Assembly: GCA_041666245.1 (NCBI GenBank)
Contig: JBAYHG010000008.1
Location: 16,049 to 80,048 of the forward strand
DNA length: 64,000 nt
Direction of reading: 5' to 3'
Source of the DNA: Candidatus Peribacteraceae bacterium
GTDB lineage: Bacteria; Patescibacteriota; Gracilibacteria; Peribacterales; Peribacteraceae
In this document: piece after piece, positions 25,436 through 35,039 of the stretch
How the letters are laid out: every line of letters begins with the position of its first letter
Position numbering within the stretch: the stretch's first letter is position 1
The notes under the pieces: generated by a model
The model's database searches: none
Told to the model about the DNA's origin: nothing
The model's input: the letters and a program-made list of their open reading frames with translations, nothing else
Position numbers and translations under genes: made by a program

Positions 25436-26397
25436 ATACGGCGCTCATCCCGCATCTCTCCGACCAACTCCTCGAGAACATCTTTCAGCGTGACGACCCC
25501 CAGCACCTTCCCGCCATCCGCGACAATCGCGAGGTGCAGACGCTTCTCCTGGAGCTGTGCGAGCGTATGGTCGAGGCGCATGGAGGGGGAAATGAGGAGC
25601 GGCTCGTGGAGAATGGTCGTAACGGAATCCGCTCCGCGTCCGGCGACCAGAGACTTCAGGAGATCGTGGCTCATGACGAAACCGACGGCATGACCGGAAG
25701 CGTCCAGCACCGGGTAGCGGTGGTGCGGCCATTGCCCCGCATAGTCTGCCGCCTCGGCGATCGTTGCCGCGTCCGGAATCTGTGCGAAGACTCCCGCACG
25801 CACCATGATGTCCTTCGCGGTCTTGTCATTGAGGACGAACGTGCGACGGATCATGCGCATTTCGTCCTCCTCGATGTACCCCTGCATCGCCCCGATGCGC
25901 ACGAGCGCCCGTATCTGCTCCTCGGTCCCCGTGGGACGCGGCCCCCCTTTGCGAAACGGTTTCACGGCCAGCTCCAGGAGCGTCACGATCGGGGAGAGGA
26001 GGATCGTGAGCGCGAGGAGGAAGGGTGAAGCATATCGCGCAATGGCAGGCGCATGCCGCGAACCGAGCGCCTTGGGGATGATCTCGGAGAAGAGGATGGT
26101 GAGCGCGGTGAGGACCGCCGTGAGGATTCCCAGCACCTGACTGCCGAAGAGCTCAGCGGCACGGACGCCGATGAGCACCGGGCCGAGGATGTTCACGGCG
26201 TTCGTGAGAATGACAACGACGATCACCGCACGGGTGAAGCGCGGGAACAGGCGCCGGAGCGCCGCGGCGCCCCACAGATTATGGGCGACCACCTCCCCCA
26301 CCTCCGCCGCGGAGACGCTGAGGAGCGCGGCATCGAGGAGCGAGAGTGTCCCCGAGAGAGCGACGAAGAGAACGATGAGAATGAGGAGCGCAAGCAT
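25432..26397 (-). CDS. CNNM/DUF21 plus CBS-pair membrane protein (HlyC/CorC-family transporter-like)
   Basis: N-terminal DUF21-type TM region (MLALLILIVLFVALSGTLSLLDAALLSVS) followed by a tandem CBS region. No CorC_HlyC C-terminal domain is visible. Confidence 0.8.
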   Translation of the reverse strand: MLALLILIVLFVALSGTLSLLDAALLSVSAAEVGEVVAHNLWGAAALRRLFPRFTRAVIVVVILTNAVNILGPVLIGVRAAELFGSQVLGILTAVLTALTILFSEIIPKALGSRHAPAIARYASPFLLALTILLSPIVTLLELAVKPFRKGGPRPTGTEEQIRALVRIGAMQGYIEEDEMRMIRRTFVLNDKTAKDIMVRAGVFAQIPDAATIAEAADYAGQWPHHRYPVLDASGHAVGFVMSHDLLKSLVAGRGADSVTTILHEPLLISPSMRLDHTLAQLQEKRLHLAIVADGGKVLGVVTLKDVLEELVGEMRDERRI

Positions 26398-26513
26398 TGA
26401 AACTGCATACTACCAGATCGCACTTCATCCGATCGACAGGATGATGGAAAGGAGACCGGCACCGAAGTGCCAGTCCCCATTTTCCAATCTTCACAATAAT
26501 CTCCCCCTCGTGC

Positions 26514-26849
26514 TTAATCGCGTTCGATGTCCGATACGCGGATGGCCAAGTCGTAGTACCTCCGGGTGGTCCGGACGTCCTGTTCCTGCTCGGCCAACCG
26601 CACAAGCTTCTCCTTGGCATGGATGTGGACCAGAGCATTTCGCAAGCATACACGTCGCCAGAAGCTCTTAGCCTGATCCAGATGCTGCTCCACGGCCGCG
26701 GCAAACGCAGCCGGGTCGCGCTCGACCCGGATGAGGTCTCTCTCCATCCCATCCGTCACATCATAATGATGGGCCTGAAGGGCAACGGCTCCAATAACTA
26801 CAACAATAACCACCACAACGCAGCCCCCCACAAACATGCGATCCATCAT
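26514..26849 (-). CDS. Hypothetical membrane-anchored protein (111 aa)
   Basis: N-terminal TM segment GGCVVVVIVVVIGAVAL followed by a helical soluble part. No family recognised. Confidence 0.4.
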   Translation of the reverse strand: MMDRMFVGGCVVVVIVVVIGAVALQAHHYDVTDGMERDLIRVERDPAAFAAAVEQHLDQAKSFWRRVCLRNALVHIHAKEKLVRLAEQEQDVRTTRRYYDLAIRVSDIERD

Positions 26850-26978
26850 GATTCACCACCTCACCGAAGATTGGAATGATCGAAGGGTGCGACAGTGGCA
26901 CCCTTTCTTTTATGAGAATCCCCCTTTTTTCTGTTTTTGGCAACTACCCCACTCATTCCTTTTCTCTATCCTGTTCTC

Positions 26979-27755
26979 ATGGCACGCGATCCCCTGTCGC
27001 ACAAGGGCGAGAACGGCAAGGTGGCTGTGATCGGCGGCTCCGCCCTGATCCACGGTGCCCCGCTCCTCTCGGCGCTGGCCGCGGAAGCGAGCGGCGCGGA
27101 TTTGCTCTACGTCTTCGTCCCGCGGCTCCATCAGGAAGTTGCGCGCATGACGTCGCTGAATTTTCAGGTGCATCCCTTCGCCGGGGACGACATCGCGGAC
27201 AGGGACGTGGAACCGCTACTGGAGTTCCTCGCGACGATGGACGCCGCCATCATCGGACCGGGGCTGGCGAGAACTCCGGCAGCATTGAAGACGATCCGCA
27301 CACTGATCGCCGAAGCGCCCTGTTCGCTCGTCCTGGATGCCTCGGCACTCCAGCCGTGGACGCTCGAGGCTGTGAGAGGGAAAATCGCCGTCCTCACGCC
27401 GCATTTGGGAGAACTGGAACGCATGGAAATCGAGGTGGAGGAGATCGGAGCGACGGCGAAGGACGCTGGCGTCACGATGCTCGTGAAAGGCCATGAAGAC
27501 CTGATCGCCGGACCGGACGGGAACGTCGTCACTGTGACCGGTGGGAACGCGGGGCTGACCGTCGGCGGCACCGGCGATGCGCTGGCAGGATTGATCGGAG
27601 GACTGCTCGCACAGAAGATGGCTCCGATTGAGGCGTGCCGTGTGGCAAGCGAGGTCATCAAGAAATCTGGTGACAGACTCGCCTTGAAACAGAGCGCTTT
27701 CACTGCCAGAGAAGTAATCGCCCTCATTCCGGTGCTGCTGCAGGAACTCGGATAG
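26979..27755 (+). CDS. nnrD: ADP/ATP-dependent NAD(P)H-hydrate dehydratase (YjeF C-terminal type)
   Basis: HKGENGKVAVIGGSALIHGAPLLSALAAEASGADL and GGTGDALAGLIGGLLAQ are hallmark motifs. ATG at 26979. Confidence 0.8.
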   Translation: MARDPLSHKGENGKVAVIGGSALIHGAPLLSALAAEASGADLLYVFVPRLHQEVARMTSLNFQVHPFAGDDIADRDVEPLLEFLATMDAAIIGPGLARTPAALKTIRTLIAEAPCSLVLDASALQPWTLEAVRGKIAVLTPHLGELERMEIEVEEIGATAKDAGVTMLVKGHEDLIAGPDGNVVTVTGGNAGLTVGGTGDALAGLIGGLLAQKMAPIEACRVASEVIKKSGDRLALKQSAFTAREVIALIPVLLQELG

Positions 27756-27911
27756 CCTGCTCTCCTCGCCCGTTTGCGGGAGAGGGCAGAAAAAAATGCC
27801 TCAGTGGTCTTGGGGGAACCACCGAGGCGATGCTTCTTCGTACACAGGTTGATCTTCCAGATAGGGAGTGGGCTATGCCAGTTTGCCAACCAATTAGCCC
27901 ATACTCCTCAG

Positions 27912-28676
27912 ATGGCGAGGAGGATCCGACCCGCATTGTCGAAGAAGCGGCCGAGGAGTGTATTCCTGAGAAGCCCCGAAAGCCAGTACCATAGAGAGGT
28001 GTTCCTCTCGCCGTTCCCTTTCCTCCGGTCGCATCACAAGAGATTCTCCGTCGGGCTCTTCACCAAGGAAGACTTCTCCGTGAGCAATGAAGAAATCGGC
28101 CAACTCCTGAAGGCAAACGGTGTTGCCGCACTTTCGCAGGTACATGGGAACAAGGCCGTGATCGTCCGGGAACCGGTGGCACGAACAGTGGAAGCGGACG
28201 CACTGGCCACGGACATGCCCGGCCTCGCACTCACGATCCGCACCGCCGACTGCCAGTCATTCCTCGTCTTCGCGCCGGAGAAGAACATCATCGGGTTGAT
28301 CCACGCAGGATGGAAAGGACTTCAGGCCGGCATCATTTCGTCGTTCTTCGATCTGCTCTGGGAAGAGTGGGGGATCCGGGCCGAGGAAACGATCGTGGCC
28401 GCAGGGCCTTCCCTCTGCAAAGTGCACGGAGAATTCACTGATCCGAAGACGGAATTGAAGGGTATCAATCCCCGCTTCTTCGAAGGTCGCCTGGTCGATC
28501 TTCGCACCATCGCCGAGGACCAGCTTTTCGCCGTCGGCGTGGATCCCGGCCGTTTCGAGCGCCATCCCGACTGCACGCAGTGTCATCCGGAGAAGTACTG
28601 GACGTATCGGGGAGGCCACCGCGAGGAAGTAATCGCGGGCAGCACGAATGTGCTCGCATGCGTGCTCCTTCCATAA
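27912..28676 (+). CDS. pgeF: YfiH/PgeF-family laccase-domain protein (peptidoglycan editing factor / purine nucleoside phosphorylase)
   Basis: QVHGNKAVIV, TADCQSFLVF, HAGWKGL and CTQCHPEKYWTYRG match the conserved His/Cys/His family pattern. The start at 27912 is uncertain. Confidence 0.8.
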   Translation: MARRIRPALSKKRPRSVFLRSPESQYHREVFLSPFPFLRSHHKRFSVGLFTKEDFSVSNEEIGQLLKANGVAALSQVHGNKAVIVREPVARTVEADALATDMPGLALTIRTADCQSFLVFAPEKNIIGLIHAGWKGLQAGIISSFFDLLWEEWGIRAEETIVAAGPSLCKVHGEFTDPKTELKGINPRFFEGRLVDLRTIAEDQLFAVGVDPGRFERHPDCTQCHPEKYWTYRGGHREEVIAGSTNVLACVLLP

Positions 28677-28911
28677 TTCAGAGATTTCAGACAATCCCAA
28701 CAGGCCGTTGTGCGATAACGCTTGTCCCTGGAATGTCCAGGTGGGTGACCGCATCTCCGGACCACGGTCCGAAGTGATTAAGTCTCCCTATACAAGTGTC
28801 AGAGAAGAAACGTACACGCACTGACGAGCCGTCGAGACTGTCTGTCATGCTACGCACGCCCTCGGGGGGCCGCCAGCAAATTGAACAGACTTAAAGTACA
28901 CTTTCCCTCCT

Positions 28912-29643
28912 ATGTCTCTGGAAATTGATTCCTGTCTCGCGCAAAAAAAGGTCATCCGCGCATACGAGTTCCGCAGGAAGCTCGAGGGGCCGAAGCTCTG
29001 GCAACTTCGTGCCCTCGCACTCGAGAGAGGCGGGATGCCATCGACCGTGCAGAAGATTCTCCGGAGGATTTCGTACGCATCGCCGGAGACGGTGCGAATC
29101 CTCGATATCGGCTGTGGAAGGGGATTCAAGAACGATCTGATCGTCAAATCCCTCGTCACGCCTTCGGCAAAATCCATCATGATCGAAGGGTGTGATCTGC
29201 TGGAACAACCCGATCCCGTCCTGCCCTCGGATGCGCGGGCGTCCTTTTCGTTCAGAAGGTTACCCGCGGAAAATATTCTCGAAACGTTCGGACCGGAGAG
29301 CTTCGACGTCGTCACCGGCATCGCGATGCATCACCACCTCGGAAACCTGGTGGACGTCGCAGCTCAAGTGAATGCCGTCCTCGTGCCCGGGGGGATCCAT
29401 CTCATTGCTGATAATTTCTGTTGGCAGGGAAATGCGCTTGCCAGTGCGCTTTCCCGATCGTGGATTCAGGTCTACCGCTGGTGCGAAGGGAACGGTTTCT
29501 ACAACGAAGCGACATGCGATGATGTCCTTCACGCTCAAAGGAATGCCGGCCTGGAAATCGTCGGAACGTTCCGGGCGCCGCTCTTCGTTGAGGGGATCAT
29601 TGCACGGAAAATTTCGCAACCAGCTCACGAGCTAACAACATAA
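28912..29643 (+). CDS. Class I SAM-dependent methyltransferase
   Basis: Motif I VRILDIGCGRGF; overall Rossmann-type pattern. Substrate unknown. Confidence 0.7.
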   Translation: MSLEIDSCLAQKKVIRAYEFRRKLEGPKLWQLRALALERGGMPSTVQKILRRISYASPETVRILDIGCGRGFKNDLIVKSLVTPSAKSIMIEGCDLLEQPDPVLPSDARASFSFRRLPAENILETFGPESFDVVTGIAMHHHLGNLVDVAAQVNAVLVPGGIHLIADNFCWQGNALASALSRSWIQVYRWCEGNGFYNEATCDDVLHAQRNAGLEIVGTFRAPLFVEGIIARKISQPAHELTT

Positions 29644-29664
29644 CGAGCTGACGGAGTAGACTGT
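29627..29664. repeat. Solo copy of the CAACCAGCTAACGAGCTAAC word repeat
   Basis: caaccagctcacgagctaacaacataacgagctgacgg resembles the right arm at 43994-44049 (caaccagctaacgagctaac). It overlaps the methyltransferase stop. Confidence 0.45.
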
Positions 29665-29671
29665 GTCATCC

Positions 29672-30760
29672 ATGAATCTCTCCGAACGCATGAAGGCATC
29701 ATCGACTCTCCTCGCTCCCTACGCCGTGCCGCACGAGGGGAAACTCGGACGTGAAAATCCGGAACCACCCGACGAAACACGCTTCCCCTTCCAGCGCGAT
29801 CGCGACCGCATCATCCACACGCAGGCGTTTCGACGGCTCCAAGGGAAAACGCAGGTCTTCGTCTCCGGAGAAGAAAGCGACCATGTCCGCACGCGTCTGA
29901 CGCACACCATGGAAGTGGCGCAGATCGCCCGTGACGTCGCGCGGACGCTTCGGCTCAATGAAGACCTCACCGAGTGCATCGCGCTCGCCCACGATCTCGG
30001 CCACCCGCCCTTCGGTCACCGCGGAGAGGAGGCGTTGCACACGTGGATGACGGGGCAGGGGATGGCCTTCGAGCACAATGACCAGACGCTGCGCGTCGTG
30101 ACGGTGCTGGAATCCAGATCTCCGCAGAGGAAAGGGCTGAACCTCAATCGGGAGGTTCTGGAAGGACTGCGAAAACACCGCCGTGCGAGCGCTTCTCACC
30201 TGCCCTTCCCGCGGTCCATGAGCCTCGAGGCGCAGGTCACGGACAAGAGTGATGAAACCGCCTACCTCGGACACGACACGGACGACGGACTGCGCGCCGG
30301 ACTTTTCACACTCGACGAAGCGCTGACCATTCCTATCGTAAAGAGGGCACAGATGATCGCAGCGAAACGCGGAACGCTCCTCCGGAGTGCTCTCATCCAC
30401 CTGATGATCCTCGATCTGCAGACCGAAACCGAGCGCCTCCTCGCGGAGCAGAACATCCGCACGCTCGATGATGTCTATGTGTGTACCACGCCGCTCGTTT
30501 CCTTCTCCGAAACAATGCGGGAAGATCTGAAGACGCTCCGGTCATTCCTGCACCAACGCATGTACGAGCACCCGCGGGTCACGGTGAAGAGCGAGGAGGG
30601 GCAGCGCATCATCACGGAACTCTGCGAGCGATACCTGAAGAATCCGCCGGAGAAAGTCCTCGCACTGCAACAATCGTCCGGATCAACACTCCCCGAAGCG
30701 GTGAAGGATTACGTGGCGGGGATGACGGACGGGTATGCGATCGAGAAGGCAGGAACGTAA
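29672..30760 (+). CDS. dgt: dGTPase-like HD-domain triphosphohydrolase
   Basis: FQRDRDRIIHTQAFRRLQGKTQVF, TRLTHTMEVAQIARDVAR and AHDLGHPPFGHRGE are canonical Dgt-family motifs. Confidence 0.85.
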   Translation: MNLSERMKASSTLLAPYAVPHEGKLGRENPEPPDETRFPFQRDRDRIIHTQAFRRLQGKTQVFVSGEESDHVRTRLTHTMEVAQIARDVARTLRLNEDLTECIALAHDLGHPPFGHRGEEALHTWMTGQGMAFEHNDQTLRVVTVLESRSPQRKGLNLNREVLEGLRKHRRASASHLPFPRSMSLEAQVTDKSDETAYLGHDTDDGLRAGLFTLDEALTIPIVKRAQMIAAKRGTLLRSALIHLMILDLQTETERLLAEQNIRTLDDVYVCTTPLVSFSETMREDLKTLRSFLHQRMYEHPRVTVKSEEGQRIITELCERYLKNPPEKVLALQQSSGSTLPEAVKDYVAGMTDGYAIEKAGT

Positions 30761-30838
30761 GGAAAGGCAGAAAAGGCAGGGAGGTTTCGTTGAAAGAACA
30801 TCTCTGCCCTCTCTGCCCTTTCTTACTTCTCTGCCCTC
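30745..30838. repeat. Tandem-word fold-back repeat (word AAGGCAG) in the convergent gap dgt/M23
   Basis: Left arm: gaaggcaggaacgtaaggaaaggcagaaaaggcagggagg, identical at 37 of 40 positions to 41724-41763. Right arm: tctctgccctctctgccctttcttacttctctgccctc. Confidence 0.65.
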
Positions 30839-31835
30839 ACTCCCCTTCCTGTGTTTCCGAGGAACGGGCGGCTTCGAGAATATTTGGCAGCAACGGCTGC
30901 GGATTCACCGCCTCGCCCGCCGTGTAGACACCGAAGTGGAGGTGCGGGCCCGTGGAGAGGCCGGCGCCGGGCGTGCCGGGGCGTCCGCCCGAGAGACCGA
31001 TGACCTCGCCCGCGGAGACATGCTGCCCAACGGCGACGGAGAACTTCTCGATGTGTCCGTAGAGCGTCACGAGGCCGCCTGCGTGCTTGATGGTGATCGA
31101 GTTGAAGCCGAGACCGTGATCCGAGACGTCCTTCACGATACCGTCAGCCGCCGCGAGCACGGGCGTTCCCTGCGCCGTCGGAATATCCAGCGCATCGTGA
31201 CGGAAGCCGAAGCGCTCTTCGTACGATGCATCATGGAACGTTGCTGAAACTCCGAGGAGCGGTGTGACAGGCCAGAGGAGCTGCGGCGCTGTCTCGCCCT
31301 CTCCATCGACGGCAAGCTCCCCTGCGGCCTTCTGTGCCGCACTCATCTGCTCGAACGCGGCCCTCAGGAAATCCTCGGCCCGCTGTTGGTCCTGAAGCAA
31401 AGATTGGAGGATCCGTTCGCTCGCCTTGAACTGGTTCGCAAGCTCCGGCGTCAGCTCACCCCCCAGCGACTGCTGTTCGGCCTCGAGCACACGGATCTGT
31501 CCGCGGAGAATGTCTGCCTTGCGGGAGAGCATCTCCTGCTCGGCACGCCCGATCCGGATGTCCTCCTCCGCACGTGCGATCGATGACACTCGTCCTGACT
31601 CTTCATCCGAAACAACCTGCTGCTCTTCATCACCGCCCGTGTGCTGCGCGATGATCGCCCGCACGGCAGTGTCGTACGCCGCGGGCGCAGACACAGACGA
31701 GGACGATGAAGAAGGCGGCACAGTCTGCGCGGTGAGTGCATTGCCGAAGCCCGTGAAGTGAACGACGGCCCACCCGATGCCGACGATCCAGGCAAGGGTA
31801 AGGTACGGCCGGGGGATATCGATCTCGATTTGCAT
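30837..31835 (-). CDS. M23 family metallopeptidase with N-terminal TM and coiled-coil region
   Basis: HDALDIPTAQGTPVLAAADG ... SITIKHAGGLVTLYGHI ... GLSGG ... GPHLHFGVY. Confidence 0.85.
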   Translation of the reverse strand: MQIEIDIPRPYLTLAWIVGIGWAVVHFTGFGNALTAQTVPPSSSSSSVSAPAAYDTAVRAIIAQHTGGDEEQQVVSDEESGRVSSIARAEEDIRIGRAEQEMLSRKADILRGQIRVLEAEQQSLGGELTPELANQFKASERILQSLLQDQQRAEDFLRAAFEQMSAAQKAAGELAVDGEGETAPQLLWPVTPLLGVSATFHDASYEERFGFRHDALDIPTAQGTPVLAAADGIVKDVSDHGLGFNSITIKHAGGLVTLYGHIEKFSVAVGQHVSAGEVIGLSGGRPGTPGAGLSTGPHLHFGVYTAGEAVNPQPLLPNILEAARSSETQEGE

Positions 31836-31914
31836 TTTCTCAACAGTATACCAAAATTTTGATGTTCCATCTAGGCCGCGGGATTGCCAAGGTTGCTGTC
31901 TGTCAAGGATGGAT

Positions 31915-32000
31915 CAGAGTAACAGAATAACAGAGTAACAGGGATTATCCTGAGAAAGGCCCTTCTCGAAGAGCCCTGTTATTCTGTTACTCTAATATTC
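31915..32000. repeat. Tandem-word fold-back repeat (word TAACAGAG/TAACAGAA)
   Basis: Left arm: cagagtaacagaataacagagtaacaggg. Right arm: ccctgttattctgttactctaatattc. It shares the 14-mer cctgttattctgtt with 61713-61749. Confidence 0.6.
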
Positions 32001-32038
32001 TTTCTCCGAGGAAAAGAAACGAGAAGCTCGGTTCCCAT

Positions 32039-33022
32039 CTATTCGATCCTCCCCCTCCGCATATCCATCTTCTGGGAAGAAGCAATCTCTTTGCCTCCCC
32101 GGAACACCTGCGCCTCCCACGTAACATTGATGCCAACCTCATAGCGGGAGTCCGACGTGACGGAGAGGAGCAGCGCATCGCCTGATTGCACGACGAGCGG
32201 CGAAGGAAGCGGGAGGAAGATCTGCTCCCAGTGTGTGGGCGGCGCGAGCGGGCTCGTCGAGAGCGAAACCCCGGGAACGAGCAGCGCCTCCCACCAGACA
32301 GCAAAACCGAAGACGGAGTGATCAGCTGTAATCTTCCACTGCACCGACAATTCGCGCTGGCTCTCATTGGGTTTCTTGAAATCAATGGAGTCCAGCGTCT
32401 GCACTGCATCGTCTCCGCCGAGAAGATCAGCCTGCGTGATGCGACGGACATAGACATTGTGGAACGTTCTGTCGCGCAGGAGCGAGAGATCGAGACCGAA
32501 TCCGATGCCGCCCCACGTATCGATGGAACGTGTGAGGCGATCCGTGACGACGGGTGCGACGAACTGCGTGAGCGCGCAGGGAATGAGCGTGCCGCCGGGC
32601 TTCAGAAATCTCTCGCGCGCGTCATGCATGTTCTCGATGATGTGTTCCTCCAGCGCGAAATTCCCGAGCGTCTCCGAGACGACGACGTCCGCTTTCACCG
32701 GATTCTTCACCTGCGCCGAATGCTTGTGGATGAACTTGCAGTTCTTGATCCCGTTCTTCTCGGCGAGCGCTTTCCCCACGGCGAACATACCGCCCTGCTC
32801 ATAGCCAATGCATTCTTTTGCCCCCAATTTGCTCGCGAGGAAGCTCAGGAATCCCGTACCGGAGCCGATGTCCGCGACCACGGTCTCTCCGGGAACTATC
32901 ACTTTCTTCAAAGCTTTCTCAAACGCCTGATTGCGTGCGTTGTCCGCCAACATGAGACGGTGAAACTCGAGCATGCAGGAAGTGTGGCACATTTCTTCCC
33001 GGGCTTCACCTCCGACATTCAC
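32039..33022 (-). CDS. Protein arginine N-methyltransferase (PRMT)-like SAM-dependent methyltransferase
   Basis: HRLMLADNARNQAFEKAL; motif I VVADIGSGTGFLSFLASKLGA; double-E-like SETLGNFALEEH; THW-loop-like PPTHWEQIF. GTG 33022 overlaps the upstream stop (GTGA); an alternative ATG is at 32974. Confidence 0.7.
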   Translation of the reverse strand: MNVGGEAREEMCHTSCMLEFHRLMLADNARNQAFEKALKKVIVPGETVVADIGSGTGFLSFLASKLGAKECIGYEQGGMFAVGKALAEKNGIKNCKFIHKHSAQVKNPVKADVVVSETLGNFALEEHIIENMHDARERFLKPGGTLIPCALTQFVAPVVTDRLTRSIDTWGGIGFGLDLSLLRDRTFHNVYVRRITQADLLGGDDAVQTLDSIDFKKPNESQRELSVQWKITADHSVFGFAVWWEALLVPGVSLSTSPLAPPTHWEQIFLPLPSPLVVQSGDALLLSVTSDSRYEVGINVTWEAQVFRGGKEIASSQKMDMRRGRIE

Positions 33023-33405
33023 GCCACAGCCTTTGGCTCACTGTCCGGAAGCTTACCGGACTTCACGATGATTTCGAATTCATCCTGACAGATGTCTTCG
33101 CCGATGCATCTTCTGGCGATGTTCAACACATCATCGAGTCGCGTTCTGATACGGCCCATCTCCGCATCGATCTCTTGTCGTTCTTTGCTCTTCTCTCTTT
33201 TCTCCATCAGCTCACGGTACAGTTGTACCAAACGTGTGCGCTCGTCGACGAACGACTGTGCTTCACGCCCCAGAGACACATGTGATTTTTTCATAGACAA
33301 CGCTCCTCCATTGATTTCTTCGGCAAATGCAGTACACATACCTCTATCAACTGTTGCCATACTCGGAAGTTTAGAGAATAGCTCTGTACGATCAACAAGT
33401 TTCAT
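33019..33405 (-). CDS. Hypothetical coiled-coil protein (128 aa), translationally coupled to the PRMT-like gene
   Basis: Helical, charged sequence (LVQLYRELMEKREKSKERQEIDAEMGRIRTRLDD). Its stop overlaps the next start by 4 nt. Confidence 0.45.
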   Translation of the reverse strand: MKLVDRTELFSKLPSMATVDRGMCTAFAEEINGGALSMKKSHVSLGREAQSFVDERTRLVQLYRELMEKREKSKERQEIDAEMGRIRTRLDDVLNIARRCIGEDICQDEFEIIVKSGKLPDSEPKAVA

Positions 33406-33595
33406 CCACCCTCCATTCTTCTCGGCTCTCTGCAGAGAAAAGATCGTGAGGTCACTTCGATTTTTGCCGAATGTAAGCGAAAGTTAACAACTTTTCCATT
33501 TGTTTCATGGTATTGATTGTAGACAACACTTTTCGACGGACCAAAGACGGGAGCGGCGAGGCCGTCATGAGAAGAGCTTCTGCTAGGATGCCGCC

Positions 33596-34912
33596 ATGAA
33601 GACGAAGACAGCACGCCTCTACGGTGCGCAGACGGAACGCGCGATCACGAACTTCCCCATCTCGGGCATCCCCATGCCGGAAGAACTCATTTCGGCTCTC
33701 GCGCTCATCAAAGAATATGCGGCGATCGTGAATGGCGAACTCGGGGAAATTCCCGCCGGGAAGGCACATGCCATTGCCTCCGCTGCACGCTCGATTTGCG
33801 AAGGGAAACACCGCGATCAGTTTCCCGTCGATGTCTTCCAGACGGGCTCCGGGACCTCGACGAACATGAACATGAATGAGGTGCTCGCGGCTCTCGCCAA
33901 CGCCCATCCGCATGATGAAGTGAACCGGTGCCAGTCGAGCAACGACGTGATCCCCTCGGCGATTCAGATCGCCTGCGCGATCGGTGTCCGTGACCGCCTG
34001 CTCCCTTCACTCGCGTCCCTCCGCGCGACATTCAACGCGAAAGCCAGAGCCTTCCGCTCTGTTGTGAAGACGGGGCGAACGCACCTCATGGATGCCGTGC
34101 CGGTGTCGCTGGGCGCGGAATTCGCCTCCTACGCCGCACTCCTCGCACATGCCGAGCGCCGCCTGCGGGATGCCACCGAAGAACTCTGTGTGCTGCCGCT
34201 CGGCGGGACGGCGGCGGGAACCGGCCTCAACGCTCACCCCTCCTTCGCGCCGAAGACGATCGCACGCATGCGAACCGCGACGAAGCTCCCGCTGAAGGAA
34301 GCAGATGATCACATCGCAGCGCAGTCCTGCCCCCTCGCGCTCCAGACACTCGCCGCCGCGCTCAAGGAGACGTCGCTCGCGCTCACGAAGGCGGCCAACG
34401 ACATCCGTCTCATGGCCTCGGGACCGGTCGCAGGCCTCGCGGAGATCATCCTTTCCCCGCTCCAGGCGGGCTCCTCCATCATGCCGGGGAAGGTGAATCC
34501 CGTCCTCTGCGAGAGCGTGCTGCAGGTGGGCATGGAGACGGTGGGGATGGACGCGACGGTGACAGCCGCCCTCGCGCAGGTGAGCAACTTCGAGCTCAAT
34601 GTCGCACTCCCCGTGATGGCGCACGTCCTGCTCTCCTCCGTCAGGCACCTCGCCAATGTCACATCCCGCTTCGACGAGAAGTGCGTCTCACACATCCAGG
34701 TGAACCGAAAGCTCCTCGAAGAGCGCGCGGCGCGGAACCCCATGCTCGCCACGGCGCTCAATGCGGCCATCGGGTACGACAAGGCGGCGGAGATCGTGCA
34801 GGAAGCGGTGCGAACGGGGGAGACGATCTTCTCTGTCGCACAACGGAGGACGAAGATTCCCAGGAAGGAACTGAAGGAAATGTTGGATCCAAAGAGGATG
34901 CTCTCCAAGTAA
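33596..34912 (+). CDS. fumC: Class II fumarate hydratase (fumarase/aspartase family)
   Basis: Signature GSSIMPGKVNP; QTGSGTSTNMNMNEVLA and SSNDV blocks. QTGSGT favours fumarase over aspartase. At 438 aa it is slightly short. Confidence 0.8.
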   Translation: MKTKTARLYGAQTERAITNFPISGIPMPEELISALALIKEYAAIVNGELGEIPAGKAHAIASAARSICEGKHRDQFPVDVFQTGSGTSTNMNMNEVLAALANAHPHDEVNRCQSSNDVIPSAIQIACAIGVRDRLLPSLASLRATFNAKARAFRSVVKTGRTHLMDAVPVSLGAEFASYAALLAHAERRLRDATEELCVLPLGGTAAGTGLNAHPSFAPKTIARMRTATKLPLKEADDHIAAQSCPLALQTLAAALKETSLALTKAANDIRLMASGPVAGLAEIILSPLQAGSSIMPGKVNPVLCESVLQVGMETVGMDATVTAALAQVSNFELNVALPVMAHVLLSSVRHLANVTSRFDEKCVSHIQVNRKLLEERAARNPMLATALNAAIGYDKAAEIVQEAVRTGETIFSVAQRRTKIPRKELKEMLDPKRMLSK

Positions 34913-34930
34913 TTTGGCAGGCGCGGTAGG
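34912..34930. repeat. 19-nt direct copy of the tRNA-Trp 3' end, 125 bp downstream of the tRNA
   Basis: atttggcaggcgcggtagg at 34912-34930 is identical to 35037-35055; 16 nt are the tRNA 3' terminus including CCA. This copy abuts the fumC stop codon. Confidence 0.7.
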
Positions 34931-35039
34931 ACTTCCCTCGGCTCGTTCCACTCGCTCGGGATAAACTTCTCGCCCTACTGCTTCGAGCGTGAAGTGCAAC
35001 AGAACCTCATGTGTGTTTTGTAAAGTATGACCATCTATT

